Translations under genes and position numbers: made by a program | Origin: Lytechinus pictus | Taxonomy: Eukaryota | Direction of reading: 5' to 3' | Assembly (NCBI RefSeq): GCF_037042905.1 | Contig: NC_087245.1 | Coordinates: forward strand, 13,890,001-13,954,000 | DNA: 64,000 bases | Shown: positions 50,858 to 63,443 of the stretch, one piece after another | Layout of the letters: each line of letters starts with the position of its first letter | How positions within the stretch are numbered: position 1 is the first letter of the stretch | Notes under the pieces: model-generated | What the model was told of the DNA's origin: nothing | What the model saw: only the letters and a program-made list of their open reading frames with translations | Databases searched by the model: none

Positions 50858-50858
<1 letters not shown>
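50527..50858 (+). mobile_element. 5'-truncated copy of the tRNA-carrying (TA)n-embedded repeat
   Basis: Aligns to the reverse complement of 44790-45122; (TA)n on both sides. Confidence 0.85.
50632..50703 (+). tRNA. tRNA-like cloverleaf, anticodon UCA (copy 3; all stems paired), possible opal suppressor or mobile-element tRNA mimic
   Basis: GTCTCTG TG GTCT AGTGGTTA AGGC A CCGGC GTTCAAA GCTGG GGGC CCGGG TTCGATT CCCGG CAGAGAC A, 72 nt, stems 7/4/5/5 bp, anticodon TCA at 50665-50667, TTTTT directly downstream. G32 is atypical. Confidence 0.7.
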
Positions 50859-50906
<48 letters not shown>

Positions 50907-50911
50907 GTGTG

Positions 50912-50981
<70 letters not shown>
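50858..50981. repeat. (TA)n microsatellite containing a 17 bp inverted copy of the adjacent element end
   Basis: TATAATTTCACACATTT-(AT)n-AAATGTGTGAAATTATA-(TA)n. Confidence 0.9.
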
Positions 50982-50984
<3 letters not shown>

Positions 50985-53900
50985 TTATGTACGTTGTACA
51001 TATAACTATCATGGTGTAAATATTTTTTTTTTTTTTTTTTTCATGTACGTGTAATAAGTCTCATAAAGGCCATTACAATTCGAAAGGTTTAAAACGGTGT
51101 TTAATACAAAGTTTACTGTAGAATTAATGAAGATCAACCATTGGTTTTGTTTCGCCACTTTACCCTAATTATGTTTTACGAAATTGAAGTTGGCCGGTAT
51201 ATTAATTCTTCCTTTTTTTTTTAAAGGGAACTGACAGGGACGCTCATTAGCCCGACCGTAATGTTTTTTAATTTAACACTTGTTTTGGAAAGAAGATTAT
51301 TTTATTAATACCGAATGAACGTAAATTTTTCTGGTAATTGACAAAGAAAAAAAGTGGTGAGATAGGGCATTGTACCTATCGGTGCAAATATTAATTCCTT
51401 ACATGTTTTATTGCAAATGTCATTGTGCATGTTTTCTATCATACTGAAAAGTTCATTGTTCGAGTTTGAAATGTTCTACAATACGTTCTGGACAAATCTT
51501 CAAATAATTTAGCGAGAGGTTCAACTTTGTAACGTAGCGCTGTAAATAAAATATTTAGAGAGTTTGGCAAATTTAAAATTAGTGACAATATATTGCGTAT
51601 ACAGGTAGACCTATACAGCCAATCATGTCGCTATATATATGCTGCAAAAAGGAGGCGGTGTGTTGGGCAGACTCTGTCATACACGGCACTTGGAAGAACT
51701 TTTAGCTGTTTATTCAATTACCAATTGAACAACGTGCACCACTTCACCTTTGAACCCTTGTTGTATATACAGAATATGGGGTTAATACATCTAGATGTAT
51801 ATTCACTCAATTCATTTTCCATTGCTTCCGAGCCATTTATAAAGTGAGATGTATACTCAAATGATTTAAAATGAAACTTCATTAATTTGAAAGTCAGCCT
51901 TAGTTTAATGATTATTATTGTTATGATAATTGCTTATATTATCATTGTAATTATTGTTATTCTACTTCTTCTCCTCTTCTTATCCCTCTTCTTCTTCTTC
52001 CTCTTCTCCTTCTTCTTCTTCTTATTATTGTTGTTGTTGTGTTTATTATTATTATCATAATTAATATTGATATTATTCAATGTATTACTATCCATTTTGC
52101 AAAAGACATTAATCAAAAAGCTATTCACAGAGTGCAAAACATGGTAGGGAAAGGAGAGGGCAACTTTATTACCTTTGTAATATAATTGATCGGGATGGGT
52201 ATCTAGTTCTGCATTGCTTGTAAATTAATCTTTAGCTTTCATTTTCATAATTATGATTGCAGGGGCTTTTTTCAATTTTCATATATTTGATACGACACTT
52301 GTTTCTATCTATTTCGCCTTTTGTGTTCTTGAAATGTGCATTGAAATGTGGGGCAAGGTCAAAATTCAAAAGTTGCAAAATGACACAATATTGAAAGTCA
52401 CTGTTCTTTTTTCCGTGGTGATGAGTGAGTTTCTCAGCGGTTTCTTTTGTTTTCTTGCACCTTAAAGGTCCCATGACACAGAAATCATTCATTTTAGAAG
52501 TAAGCAATTTCCTAATGTAGTGTTTCGTGTAAAACACAACATTAACATGGAATCAAACACACCTCTGCACAAGCAAACACATAAAAACAAGCATGCATGG
52601 GTATTTCAAACCACGACTCAAACCATGTTATCTCACAGAACCATCACTACATAAACCACATTTAAAAAAACATAAAAAATGAAGAAGCAGGGGTTTGATT
52701 TGAATGGATTTTCATCTCTATTGACACATTCAAGAATCATGTTCTGTATTGACCCTTCATCATGTTCATGACCATTTCTGCTCGTTTTGCAGATTTTCAA
52801 GTCAGACTTCATCCAACACTTTTGAATCCTGCTCTTTTCGTGATGGCATGATCATAACAAGCATGGTGTCATTTTAAAGAGAATTAAATTATCTTTTGAA
52901 TGATATCAAATATGCATTGTGTAGAATTGGAAGTTGGGAGAAAATAATGGCTAAACTCAGATTTCCAAACTTTTTAAGAGGGGTTTATATACATCATAAA
53001 TATGTCTTCTATTTTTTTGATATATATGTACATATATATACATTTATGTACGTTGTACATAGAACTATCATGGTGTAAATAATTTTTTTTTTTTTTTTTC
53101 ATCTACGTGTAATAAGTCTCATAACGGCCATTATAATTCAAAGGGTTTAGAATTGTGTTTAATACAAAGTGTACTGTAGAATTAATGAAGGTCAACCATT
53201 TTTTTTCTCACTTTACCCTTATGTTTTACGAAATTGAAGTTGATCGGTATATTCATCATTTTTTAAGAAAGGGAACTGAAAGGGAAGCTCATTAGCCCAA
53301 CCGTAATGTTATTAATTTGACACTTGTTTTGGAGAGAAGTTTCTTTTATTATTACCGAATGAACTTAAATTTTCCTGGTAATTGACAAAGAAAAAAAAGT
53401 TTTGAGATAGGGCATTGTATATATCGGTGTAAATATTCATTCCCTACATGTTTTATTGCAAATGTCTTTGTGCATGTTTTCTATCATACTGAAAAGTTCA
53501 TTATTCGAGTTTGAAATGTTCTACAATACGTTCTGGACAAATCTTCAAATAATTTAGCGAGAGGTTCAACTTTGTAACGTAGCGCTGTAAATAAAATGTT
53601 TAGAAAGTTTGGCAAACTTAAAATTAGTGACAATATATTGCGTATACAGGTAGACCTATATAGCCAATCACGTCGCCATATATATTATGTTGTACCCTTA
53701 AAAAGAAGGCGGTGTGTTGGGCAGACTCTGTCATACACGGCACTTGGTAGAACTTTTAGCTGTTTATTCAGTTTCCAATTGAACAATGTGCACCATGATT
53801 ATTATTGTTATGATAATTGCTTATATTATCATTGTAATTATTGTTATTCTACTTCTTCTCCTCTTCTCCTCCCTCTTCTTTTTCTTCTTCCTCTTCTCCT

Positions 53901-54277
53901 TCTTCTTCTTCTTCTTCTTCTCCTTCTTTTTCTTCTTCTTCTTATTATTATTGTTATTATTAATATTGTTGTTGTGTTTATTATTATCATTATTGTTGTT
54001 ATCATTATTAATATTGATATTATTCAATGTATTACTATCAATTTTCCTAAAGACATTAATCAAAAAGCTATTCACAGAGTGCAAAACATGGCAGGGAAAG
54101 GAGAGGGCAACTTTATTACCTTTGTAACATAATTGATCGTGATGGGTATGTAGTTCTGCATTGCTTGTAAATTAATCTTTAGCTTTCATTTTTATGATTA
54201 TGATTGTAGGGGCTTTTTTCAATTTTCATATATTTGATACGACACCTGTTTCTATCCATTTCGCCTTTTGTGTTCTT
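50982..54277. repeat. ~1.3 kb direct duplication (50982-52330 and 53041-54277)
   Basis: Colinear similarity throughout; paired spurious ORFs 51593/53596 and 51934/53821. Confidence 0.92.
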
Positions 54278-55923
54278 AGAGAGTAGTTGTTCATATAAAT
54301 AGATATTGCTCAAGGTGAAGTTTTTTGTTGCAAAAAAGTCAGTTCATATTTGTCAATTAATTAATGCTTATGATATCAACATGTAGTGGAAGTGATTAGA
54401 AATTGTGGAAGTATTTATCATACATGTAAAATGACACTATATAGTTTTGATGATGGGAAAAGTACATTGTAAAGCTTTTGAAATATTCAAAGTATGCAGC
54501 TGTTTGATTTAAAAGTATTTTTTAAGACGGAGTTGAATTTCACATTTTTCGCGTGTTTCTCTACTTATGTATTAATTTTAGAGAGCAACGTGCAGAAATA
54601 TAATGCAAGTGATTATAATTTGATGTCATTTTGGTTATTAGTAAATTCAAAAGAAACAAGAATAACAAGATTCATGATTAGTATACTATTTAATATCAAA
54701 GGTAAAGTTCGGGATCAGAGCGGGGTGGTCAAGGGAGAAGGGGTGTGTCAAGCCGTTAAGTTAAGAACGATACATTTTTTTTCCTTTTTCCGATAACCTT
54801 ATTTTTCAACTCATATTGATGACTGCGCCGACGGGTGCATAGACCTCTTTACAATTTAAGACTGGCTTTAGACACATTCAACTCTATGTGAAACACTCCC
54901 AGATAATGTCATTTACTTGCTTACTTAATGTGTGAAATAAATACACCTACATTTGTCATTTATAACATGCGCATCATGAATAAACTTTTGCATTATATTT
55001 TGAGTTTAATTTCTTGTGGGATTTCAATTTGTCAAAAACTTTTAAGGAGATAAAGGATTGATAGTGATGGATCTTTAATAGAGAGAGAGAGAGGGGGGTG
55101 ATGAAGGATGGAGAGAGGAAATAGAGAGTATGTGTATATGTGCGGGTGTGTGTTTGTGGGTGTGTGTGCACGTGTGTGTATTTCAAATAAACGGAAATGC
55201 GAGAGGCATTATTGGTAACTTGGTGTGCACTTGTTAAAAAAAAGTGTGTGCGAAGGTGGGTATGCAGTTTTGTGTATATGTTTGTTTATGTACGTTCAGT
55301 TGTGTGGGAGTGTTTGGGCGGGTGTGTGTATAATTATGTTGAAGCTTGATGTAAAATGGAAGCAGGGATGCAATGATAATATGTTGATTTTGTTTTCCTG
55401 CAAATCTTTCAATATTAATTGAATTAGGGTTGGAGGCTCGGTTTACTTTTTTTTTTTGAGGTATAAAAGTATTTTTAAGGGATTTCATTACATCCTTATA
55501 TTTGATTCAGTTTTTGGTAAACATTAGTTTGTTGATATGAAATGAAGATTTGTATTTTTTTGTATTGATCTTGAGTTTAGGTAAATCATTTAAATGAAAT
55601 CCTTAATCAAAAACATGTTGAAAAATAGTGTCATGTGTGTGGAGAGAGAAAGAGAAAGGTTGAAAAGGATTGAGGAAGAGGGGGGCGGGAGAGGTGGTCG
55701 AGAGAGAGAGTTAAGATGAGAGGGATGAAGAAATAGGAAGAGTGTCGATAGAGACAGAAGAAGAGTGCTCGAAGATGAAGGTAGGAAGAGGGTGGAGAGA
55801 GGGGGAGTGAAAGTGGTGAAGATAGGAAGAGGTTGGAGAGGGGGCGGGGAGAAAAAGCGAGACTTTGATTTGAGACAAAGATAAAAGTCCTTGAGTCGGG
55901 TCTAGAATTTATAATTTGTTTAA

Positions 55924-56501
55924 AGGTCAAGTCCACCTCAGAAAAATGTTGATTTGAATCAATAGAGAAAATCAGGAAAGCAAAATGCTGAAAATGTCAT
56001 CAAAGTCGGATGTAAAATAAGAAAGTTATGACATTTTAACGTTTTGCTTATTTTTCACAAAATAGTTATATGCACAATATTTAGTCACATCCAAATGAGA
56101 GAATCAATGTTGTCCCTCACTCACTATTTCTTTCGTGTTTTTTTTTTGGTTTGAATTTTACAATATTTCAATTTTTACAGATTTGACAATAAGGATCAAC
56201 TTGAGTGAACCATAAAATGTTAAACAGTGGTAATTCCACGTGTTCAGGGAGAAATAAAACTTTATTTCTCAGGACAATTATTTAATATAATAAAATACAA
56301 AAGAAATGGTGAGTGAGTGATGTCATCAGTTCCTCATTTGCATACCGACCAGGATGTGCATTTAACTATTTTGTTAAGCGAAACCTACAAATGTCATAAT
56401 TTTCTTGTTTTACATCCGATTTTGATGAGATTTCATTGTTATGCTTGTTGTATTTTTCTCTTTTTATTCATATTAACTATTTGTTGTGGTGGACTTGTCC
56501 T
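55924..56501. mobile_element. TTAA-flanked MITE family B
   Basis: TTAA|AGGTCAAGTCCACC...GGTGGACTTGTCCT|TTAA. Confidence 0.88.
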
Positions 56502-56568
56502 TTAAGATAACAATTATACGGCCTCGTTCCCACTGTCGTGCGAACGCCACCAATGGCCTTCCGTAATT

Positions 56569-58473
56569 GGCTCGGTGTAAAAATGGCAAAGGTAAAAATG
56601 GCAGTGGTAAAAATGGCAGAGGTAAAAATGGCAGAGGTAAAAATGGCAAAGGTAAAAATGGCACAGGTAAGAATGGCAGAAGTAAAAGTGGGAAAGGTAA
56701 AAATGGCAGAGGTGAAAATGGCAAAGGTAAAAATGACAGAGGTATAACTGACAGCGGTAACAATGGCAGAGGTAATATTGGCAGAGGTATAAATAGTCAG
56801 TCTTAAATCCCCATGCCAAAAAATCCAAAAGCCCCTCCATGCATACAGGAGATTAAATAAGAAAGTTTCTGAGAAGAGAATTGCAATTATAATGTTTGAC
56901 TAATGGAAAGGGTAATTTTTTTAAATGATACTGCAGTGTAGATCTTCTGCACCAAGTTTATAACACTTCAGTTGGTATTTCTTATTTTTTTCCTGGACTT
57001 ACATGCACGGCCTTCTCATGTCAAATCGCTCTTCTAATATTCAAATTTGAAGCACACTTTGAATTCCAAGTATTGTACTTAATTCATTACAGGGGAAATT
57101 CACACTGACATAAAGTTTATTGTAGAAATAGCAGAAAATAATTGAAATGATTTGGTGGGGATTTTAGGGAATCCATCAAAAAATTAAAAATCTATTAGAA
57201 TTTTACATTTTAACGGTGACGTCATTTGCGAGCAGTTTTTCCCACATATGGTGTAATAAAAAATATAAATGAAATGTCATTTTCTTTAAAAAAATGAAAC
57301 TGGTTTTTATTGTACCTTAAGTATATCAACATACAAATCATTTCACATCCGCTCCTGAAAGATTTTTTTTGGCAAACATGAACCACTCGATTACAAAATT
57401 GAAAAGTATATGTTTTGGTGCATAAAATACGGGGCAGCTGCTAGTATATGACGTCACAGATCAAAAACTCAAACTTCTAATAACTTTCTTAATCTTTGAT
57501 GGACTTTCCGCAAACCACCAATATATATTTTTTGCTAATTTTACAGTAAACCATTGGTGAATTTCCCCTTCAAAATAGGTCGATAGAATGGTACCTAAGA
57601 AACACCTATAAATTTAAATCCCTGATTCGCTACACATTTCAAAATTCATGCGGTAACCGTTACCATAAAAACTAGTTTAGGAACCTGACATCCACTTGCA
57701 CTAGGTGCAATGATGTATTGCTCTGAAAGTCTGAACACTAGTTGCTATTATTTCATTTACATTAAACTACATGCGTATCATATCAATATCTATTCGGATC
57801 CATTATGATGTTGAAATATAAAAATTACTTTTATTACAGAGCGTTCTGTTATTTTTTTGTTATCCAGGTTATGCAAGTGGTTCAAAGAAATCCCGAACTT
57901 GTCTATTTCCATGATTTCAGTGTGTTACTGGTAGCGCACATTGGTGTTTACATTAAAATTTGTTGGGTATGTATGGGACGAAATGCTGTTCTACTATAAG
58001 AACTGGCCAAGATAAATCATTTCATCAATCACTAATTGAAATCATTTTGGCATGAAAATGTTTGAGTTCAATCATATCAACGATAAAGTATAGACCTAAA
58101 TTGATGACAAAAATCCATATAATATCAAATCAGTTCATAATACTCATTTTGTCGAGAGGAGTCCATTCAAGTTCAATAATTATGACTGATATTAACCGAA
58201 AACATGGAAAAGGCTCTGCCTTCCTTGTTGATGTAGCATGTCATGATCTTTACCTCTGTCATTTATGCCTCTGCCATTTTTACCTCTGCTATTATTACCT
58301 CTGCTATTTTTTACCTCTGCCATTTTTACCTCTGCCATTTTTACCTCTGCCATTTTTTATCTCTACCATTTTTACCTCTGCCATTTTTACCTCTGCCATT
58401 ATTACCTCTGCCATTATTACCTCTGCCATTATTACCTCTGCCATTTTTACCTCTGCCATCTTTACCCGGCACC
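56569..58473. mobile_element. Foldback (TU-like) transposon with terminal arrays of 15 bp repeats; nested MITE at ~57091-57570
   Basis: (GGTAAAAATGGCAGA)n at 56576-56790 and inverted (TCTGCCATTTTTACC)n at 58248-58466; GG...CC ends; CCGTAATT(G) duplicated at 56561 and 58474. Confidence 0.85.
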
Positions 58474-58589
58474 CCGTAATTGATCGCCAGAATTTGTGAA
58501 TCATTTTCAATTTTTTTTCTGCGATTAGTACGATTGCCACGACTGATCTGATACGATCTGATACCATCATACGATTATTACACGATTAA

Positions 58590-59184
58590 AGGGGTGGTCC
58601 GAGCTGAAAATATTTATATCTTAAAAATAGAGTAAAATTCACAGAGCAAAATGCTGAAAATTTCATCAAAATCGGATAACGAAGTTATTGAATTTGAAAG
58701 TTTAAACACATTTTATGAAAACAGTTATATGCACATCGTCATGAATATTCATTAGGTGAGCTGATGATATCACATCCCCACTTTCTTTTTCTAATGTTAT
58801 TACATGAAATCATAAATGTTTCATTTTTTCATACATTATTATGTAAATGATGTGTTTCCGTTATGAGTTGCGACAATAAATGACTAATGCACTTAATCAG
58901 TTGAAGATTCAATTGTTTTAGTTCTTGGTAGATAAATTTTGAATTATCCTAATTTCATTTAATAAAATACAAAAGAACAAGTGGGGATATGACATCATCA
59001 GTCCACCTAATAAATATTCATAAAGACATGCCTAGAACTGTTTCACCGGAATAATGCAAAATCTTTAAAATTCAATAACTTCGTTATTTGTTATCCGATT
59101 TTGATCAAATTTTCAGCATTTTGTAAATCTGTGAATTTTACTCTATTTATTGAGATAGAAATATCTCCAGCCTGGACCATCCCT
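58590..59184. mobile_element. TTAA-type MITE (AGGGGTGGTCC...GGACCATCCCT); fragment of a relative at ~15759-16030
   Basis: Imperfect TIRs, long internal palindrome, TTAA/GTAA flanks. Confidence 0.75.
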
Positions 59185-59671
59185 GTAAGATCACCGTTTT
59201 AATCGTGGGGCGAATCCTGAAAATGGGAATTATGTATAAGAATGAAAATATAACTACGCAAAGATAAAGAGCGATGACAATCGTACCCGCCATATCATAT
59301 AATCTTGCATCGATTCGTCTCATTTATGCTGGTCGAAAGTATAAATGTGCAATAGATCCCGGGAATAGATCCAACGATAACATATAACCTGTAACATGTG
59401 TGAGGTTTTACTAATCACAACGCAGGAAATACGTGTATTTCTTCTAAAACCCTTCATGCGTTTTGATGGGTCATACAAACAAACAGAAGTATTTTCATGC
59501 ATTTCTTATTTATTTCGCAAATTAGATTTTTGCAAATTAGGGCAGACCGTATGGTGAATGGTTGTGTTCTTGTGAGAACAATAATTTTTCTCGTTCGTCT
59601 CAAAATTCCACATTAGTAGGACCCCTCTTTCTCAGCTGCTGATAGGAAATTTGACTCCTTACCATTGGCGG

Positions 59672-59951
59672 CGGAAGCCAAAAATTTTGAGGGGGTCCAC
59701 CTGCAATTTTGGGTTGGACACAGGTAAAAATTTGACAAGCAAAAAAAAAAAAAAAAAAAAAACGTCATCAACCAAAATTTTAGGGGGGGGGCACAAAAAT
59801 GTTAGGGGAAGTCGACCTGAATTTAAGGGGGAACGCAGGAAACATAATTGACAAGCAAAAAAAAGTTATCAATCCAGGGGGACCGTCCCCCACCTCAAAT
59901 TTAGGGGGACAGGACAACCCGTCCCACCCCCCCCCCGCTTCCGCCGCCTTT
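59672..59951. mobile_element. Small hAT-like MITE
   Basis: CATTGGCGGCGGAAGC...GCTTCCGCCGCCTTTG; degenerate 8 bp flanks CTCCTTAC/CTGCATAC. Confidence 0.7.
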
Positions 59952-60249
59952 GCTGCATACCGTACATAAACAACATTCCCGACCTTTCGTTGGAGAACGC
60001 GAACGCTTATTTGCGACGGTAGCTGATTTTGGAAGAGACTTTTGGGCCCGTCGTCATGGTCGTAAAACTCTGTCCTGCAATGCAAATTGTGTGACATGAG
60101 ATTTTTTTTTCGTTTCGCATCTGGAACGGAAACATTCAATCTGCGTTTCGTGTGCAAAATTCTGGTTGCTACTATGGTAACAGCGATATATCCGATTTAG
60201 GACGACTTTCCAAAGCAACATTTGGTTCCTCCCAGAGCTCGAGAGGCCG

Positions 60250-60564
60250 CCCGGGGGGGGGGGGGGGGGCGGGCCACTTCCATTGAAGAGTGGATACCAG
60301 GCGCGACCACGCGTAAAAAGTGAAAGAGTGGGCAAGTACGTTACGTATAGGCCTATGTAACGTTATAAGGGTGTCAAAAACGATGTTTAAAATACTGAAA
60401 AGGAGGATATGTTTTCAGTACTTGTAGGGTTTTACAAGCTAAATACTTGTTAAGAGATGCATTTTCATAATCTGGAAAAGCCTTGCTTCCCTTGTTTAGG
60501 GTGCTTTTCGAAACCGTATGGTCGTGCCTGGTATCCACTCATCAATGGAAGTGGTCCTCCCGGG
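60250..60564. mobile_element. CCCGGG-terminated MITE
   Basis: CCACTTCCATTGA..AGTGGATACCAGGC.CGACC inverted at both ends. Confidence 0.8.
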
Positions 60565-61113
60565 AATTCCAATCTAATCCCCCATTTCTGGGGAAAGTAA
60601 AACATAATGCCCATTACATTGTGTGCCAGAGGCATATCGTTTGTGTAGGAGTAAACAAAAGAAAAAACCCCGGCTGGTACGTGTTCACACGTACGTATAC
60701 ATGCTGTGTACATAATCAACGCATGCGAAATGGTTTCGGATGGAGAGGTGATTTGACCCATGGAATCAATTGCCAGAGATCCACCAATAATCCACATTAA
60801 ATGCAATATCGATTCGATGGACTGTAATGATCTATATATAAGTCTTAATTCAATAACTTTTTCCTCACTCAATATGTACTCGATTTGTTTGAAAAACCAC
60901 TTTCTTATCCAGGTCATAATCTATTGTAGGTCCTGCATTTCGAATATCTCCAGCCATTAGTCGTAATGTACATGCATGTATGGTGCGGATGTCGCGGGAA
61001 AGAATTTTGCACACGAAAAGCAGATCTGTAGGGCCTGTAATCCCCCTGTAACACAAAGCTTAGCATTGATTGTAGACATGTTTAGAGCAGTTTTCTACAT
61101 TTGATTATATTAA

Positions 61114-62123
61114 AGGAGAGTGAAACCCTTGAAACCAGCTGAATCCATATCAAAGAGAAAAATCAAAGAAACATATTGTTGAAAGTTTGAGGAAGATTGA
61201 ATGAATAATAAGAAAGTTATGAGCATTTGAATATTGAGATCACTACCATGTAGATCCTCCCATTGGCAATGCGACCAAGATCTGTGATGTCACACACGTA
61301 CAACTCCCTCATTGCTTTAGTACTTATTTCACTTATATTCTCACTTTTATAGAATCTATCACAAGGTGAGGTGTTCTCTTTATGAGAGGACTATGGTGGC
61401 CCTGAAGGGACATCGCAAATATAGACCAAATCGCGAATATTCATGACGAAATTGGCGACGAAATTCACGACGTCGTGAATTTCGACGCCAATTTCGTCGT
61501 GAATTTGTTTTGCTTGCCTGGGCGGTTTTGCCGGTTGAAACCAATTCGTCTGCTGCTAATTCCTCCACTGCAGGGTCGATCTACATTCATTTAGTCTAAT
61601 GCAATTCTGTCCATTAACTTTTCGCCTAACAACCATATGGTCCAATAACCATTTGATCCAGTCATCACTTCGTCTAATCACCAGTTCGTCTATGACCATT
61701 TCGTCTCATAACTAGTTGGTCTAATATCAATTTTATTTTCCTTAATTTCATCCAATTAACACTTAGTTCAATTAAACCAAATGGCATATGGAATAAATGG
61801 CAATTGGACCAACTTGGTTATTAGACAAAATGGCAGTTAGACCATGTGGATAGTGGACGAACTGATGGTAGACCAAATGAAAGCAGACGAGTTTTTTTTT
61901 AGTATGTTTTCAGTGTCCAAAAGGGGAGAGTTGTTCATCTGTGATATCATAGATCTTGGTTGCGTTGCCAATGGGAGGATCTCCATAGCATTAGTGATCT
62001 CGACATTCAAATGCTCATAACTCTTCTATTGCTAGTCCTATTTTACTCAAACTTTTGTTGATCTTATTCTTTGATTTGTCTGCTTTCACAAAAGCTAACT
62101 TGCTCTAAGAGTTTCATTCTCCT
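61114..62123. mobile_element. TTAA-flanked MITE family A, copy 3, centre replaced by other repeats (~61392-61900)
   Basis: Same termini and arms as 32930-33513; insert includes a TTCGTCTAAT/TTAGAC-repeat element. Confidence 0.85.
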
Positions 62124-62606
62124 TTAACTATAATGTACAATCAATTTTAAAAATCAAGTGTATGATTAAGCGTTAACTTTTGTTATAGGGGACCCTGATA
62201 TTAGCGTCCGTGAGGTTTGCGAAAGGTGGCTATCGTTCCGATAGGACTTCCCTCCTTTTCCAAAGTCCAACTGGCATAACAGATAAACAAATCCACTGGA
62301 GCTTGACAAAATTGTGTGTAAAAAGTATATTGATTGATCTACATAATCATATTTCAACAATGTCATCCATTTTATTTGGAGGGGAAGAGGGACATGTGCC
62401 CTGGGATGGATATATATACCTTTAGGGGGCGCAAAAAGGGCCAAAATAACTCAGGGGAATAAGAACAAGGAATAAGGGGACGATGTTTTAAAAGGGGTGT
62501 TATTTATGCTAACCGCAGCGTCAGGGGGGCATTCTTGGCACTTTTCATGGGCGCTGAGTGATGTGCCACTTTTCATTCTCTCATTTCCCACAGATATTGC
62601 CGCAAA

Positions 62607-62805
62607 ATGAAGTTCTTGTTGCTAGACGAGGATCGGCACAATGACGCCTATAAGACAATGTTAGAGAGGATGGAACGAAGAAGATGGTCCGAGGAATGGG
62701 CCAACAATGTGTTTCCAGGGGCCATTGTACAGAAGTTAGCATCGAAGCCTAAACAAGGGGCTGACGATCGCGCTTATCGTTCACTCGGTGTAGGCACAGG
62801 GAACG
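62607..62805 (+). CDS. Probable first coding exon of a histamine N-methyltransferase-like SAM-dependent methyltransferase
   Basis: Strong acceptor TTTTCATTCTCTCATTTCCCACAG| (62593), AAAATG start, donor G|GTAAGT (62805/62806, phase 1). Peptide MKFLLLDEDRHNDAY..W..VFPGAIV..RSLGVGTGN(G) resembles the HNMT N-terminus ending in SAM motif I. Confidence 0.65.
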
Positions 62806-63443
62806 GTAAGTAATCAGGAAATTCGCAGATTTTTATACTTTAATCCTTGTTGTACGTCGTGGCAATTCTCATTTCGCATGTGATCTGCCAGGAGCATTTC
62901 ATAAAAAATAACCAGGGATTTTCAGTGACTATTATATTAGCTACTAGTAATATCATTGCATATGATTGGCCCTGAGCAGATTTGTCGATAGAAATCACCG
63001 ACAGTATGCCTCATGAAAATGAACCCCTGTGCAGTGCACTATTATCAAAGTACAAAGTGCAATATTCATATCCATATGTCAGTCAGGGTTTTCAGTCAAA
63101 CGGCGGGAATGGAGGGCACTGTTGTGTTTGATCTGTGGAATTACTATACAGACTTTACGAAGTATCAATAGAACGCAATTGGCATGCATGTGAGCAGATT
63201 TCGGCAGTCGAAAGTCATGTGTTATGCCTTTTAAAATCTAACCGCCCTCTAAACCCTTGCGAGGCTGTTAACCCTAATTTTCAAGAGATACTAATTGTTA
63301 ATAGGCTTTCATTAAATGACTTAGGCTGAACTAATTCAACATAGATGTGAACATTCATGATAACGTATAGAGTAGGCATACGATCATTTTATTCATCATG
63401 ACTTTACAATCTTCTGAATGTGTTTAATATCTTCACTGTATAA

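Noticed and set aside
53596..54132. 178 aa and overlapping low-complexity ORFs
   Set aside because: Derived from (CTT)n/(ATT)n microsatellites in a duplicated non-coding segment; frame not preserved in the other copy.
56473..58570. Repetitive ORFs (LPLPF, CHFYL, KMAEV, KNGRG) as proteins
   Set aside because: Translations of the 15 bp terminal arrays, open in several frames on both strands.
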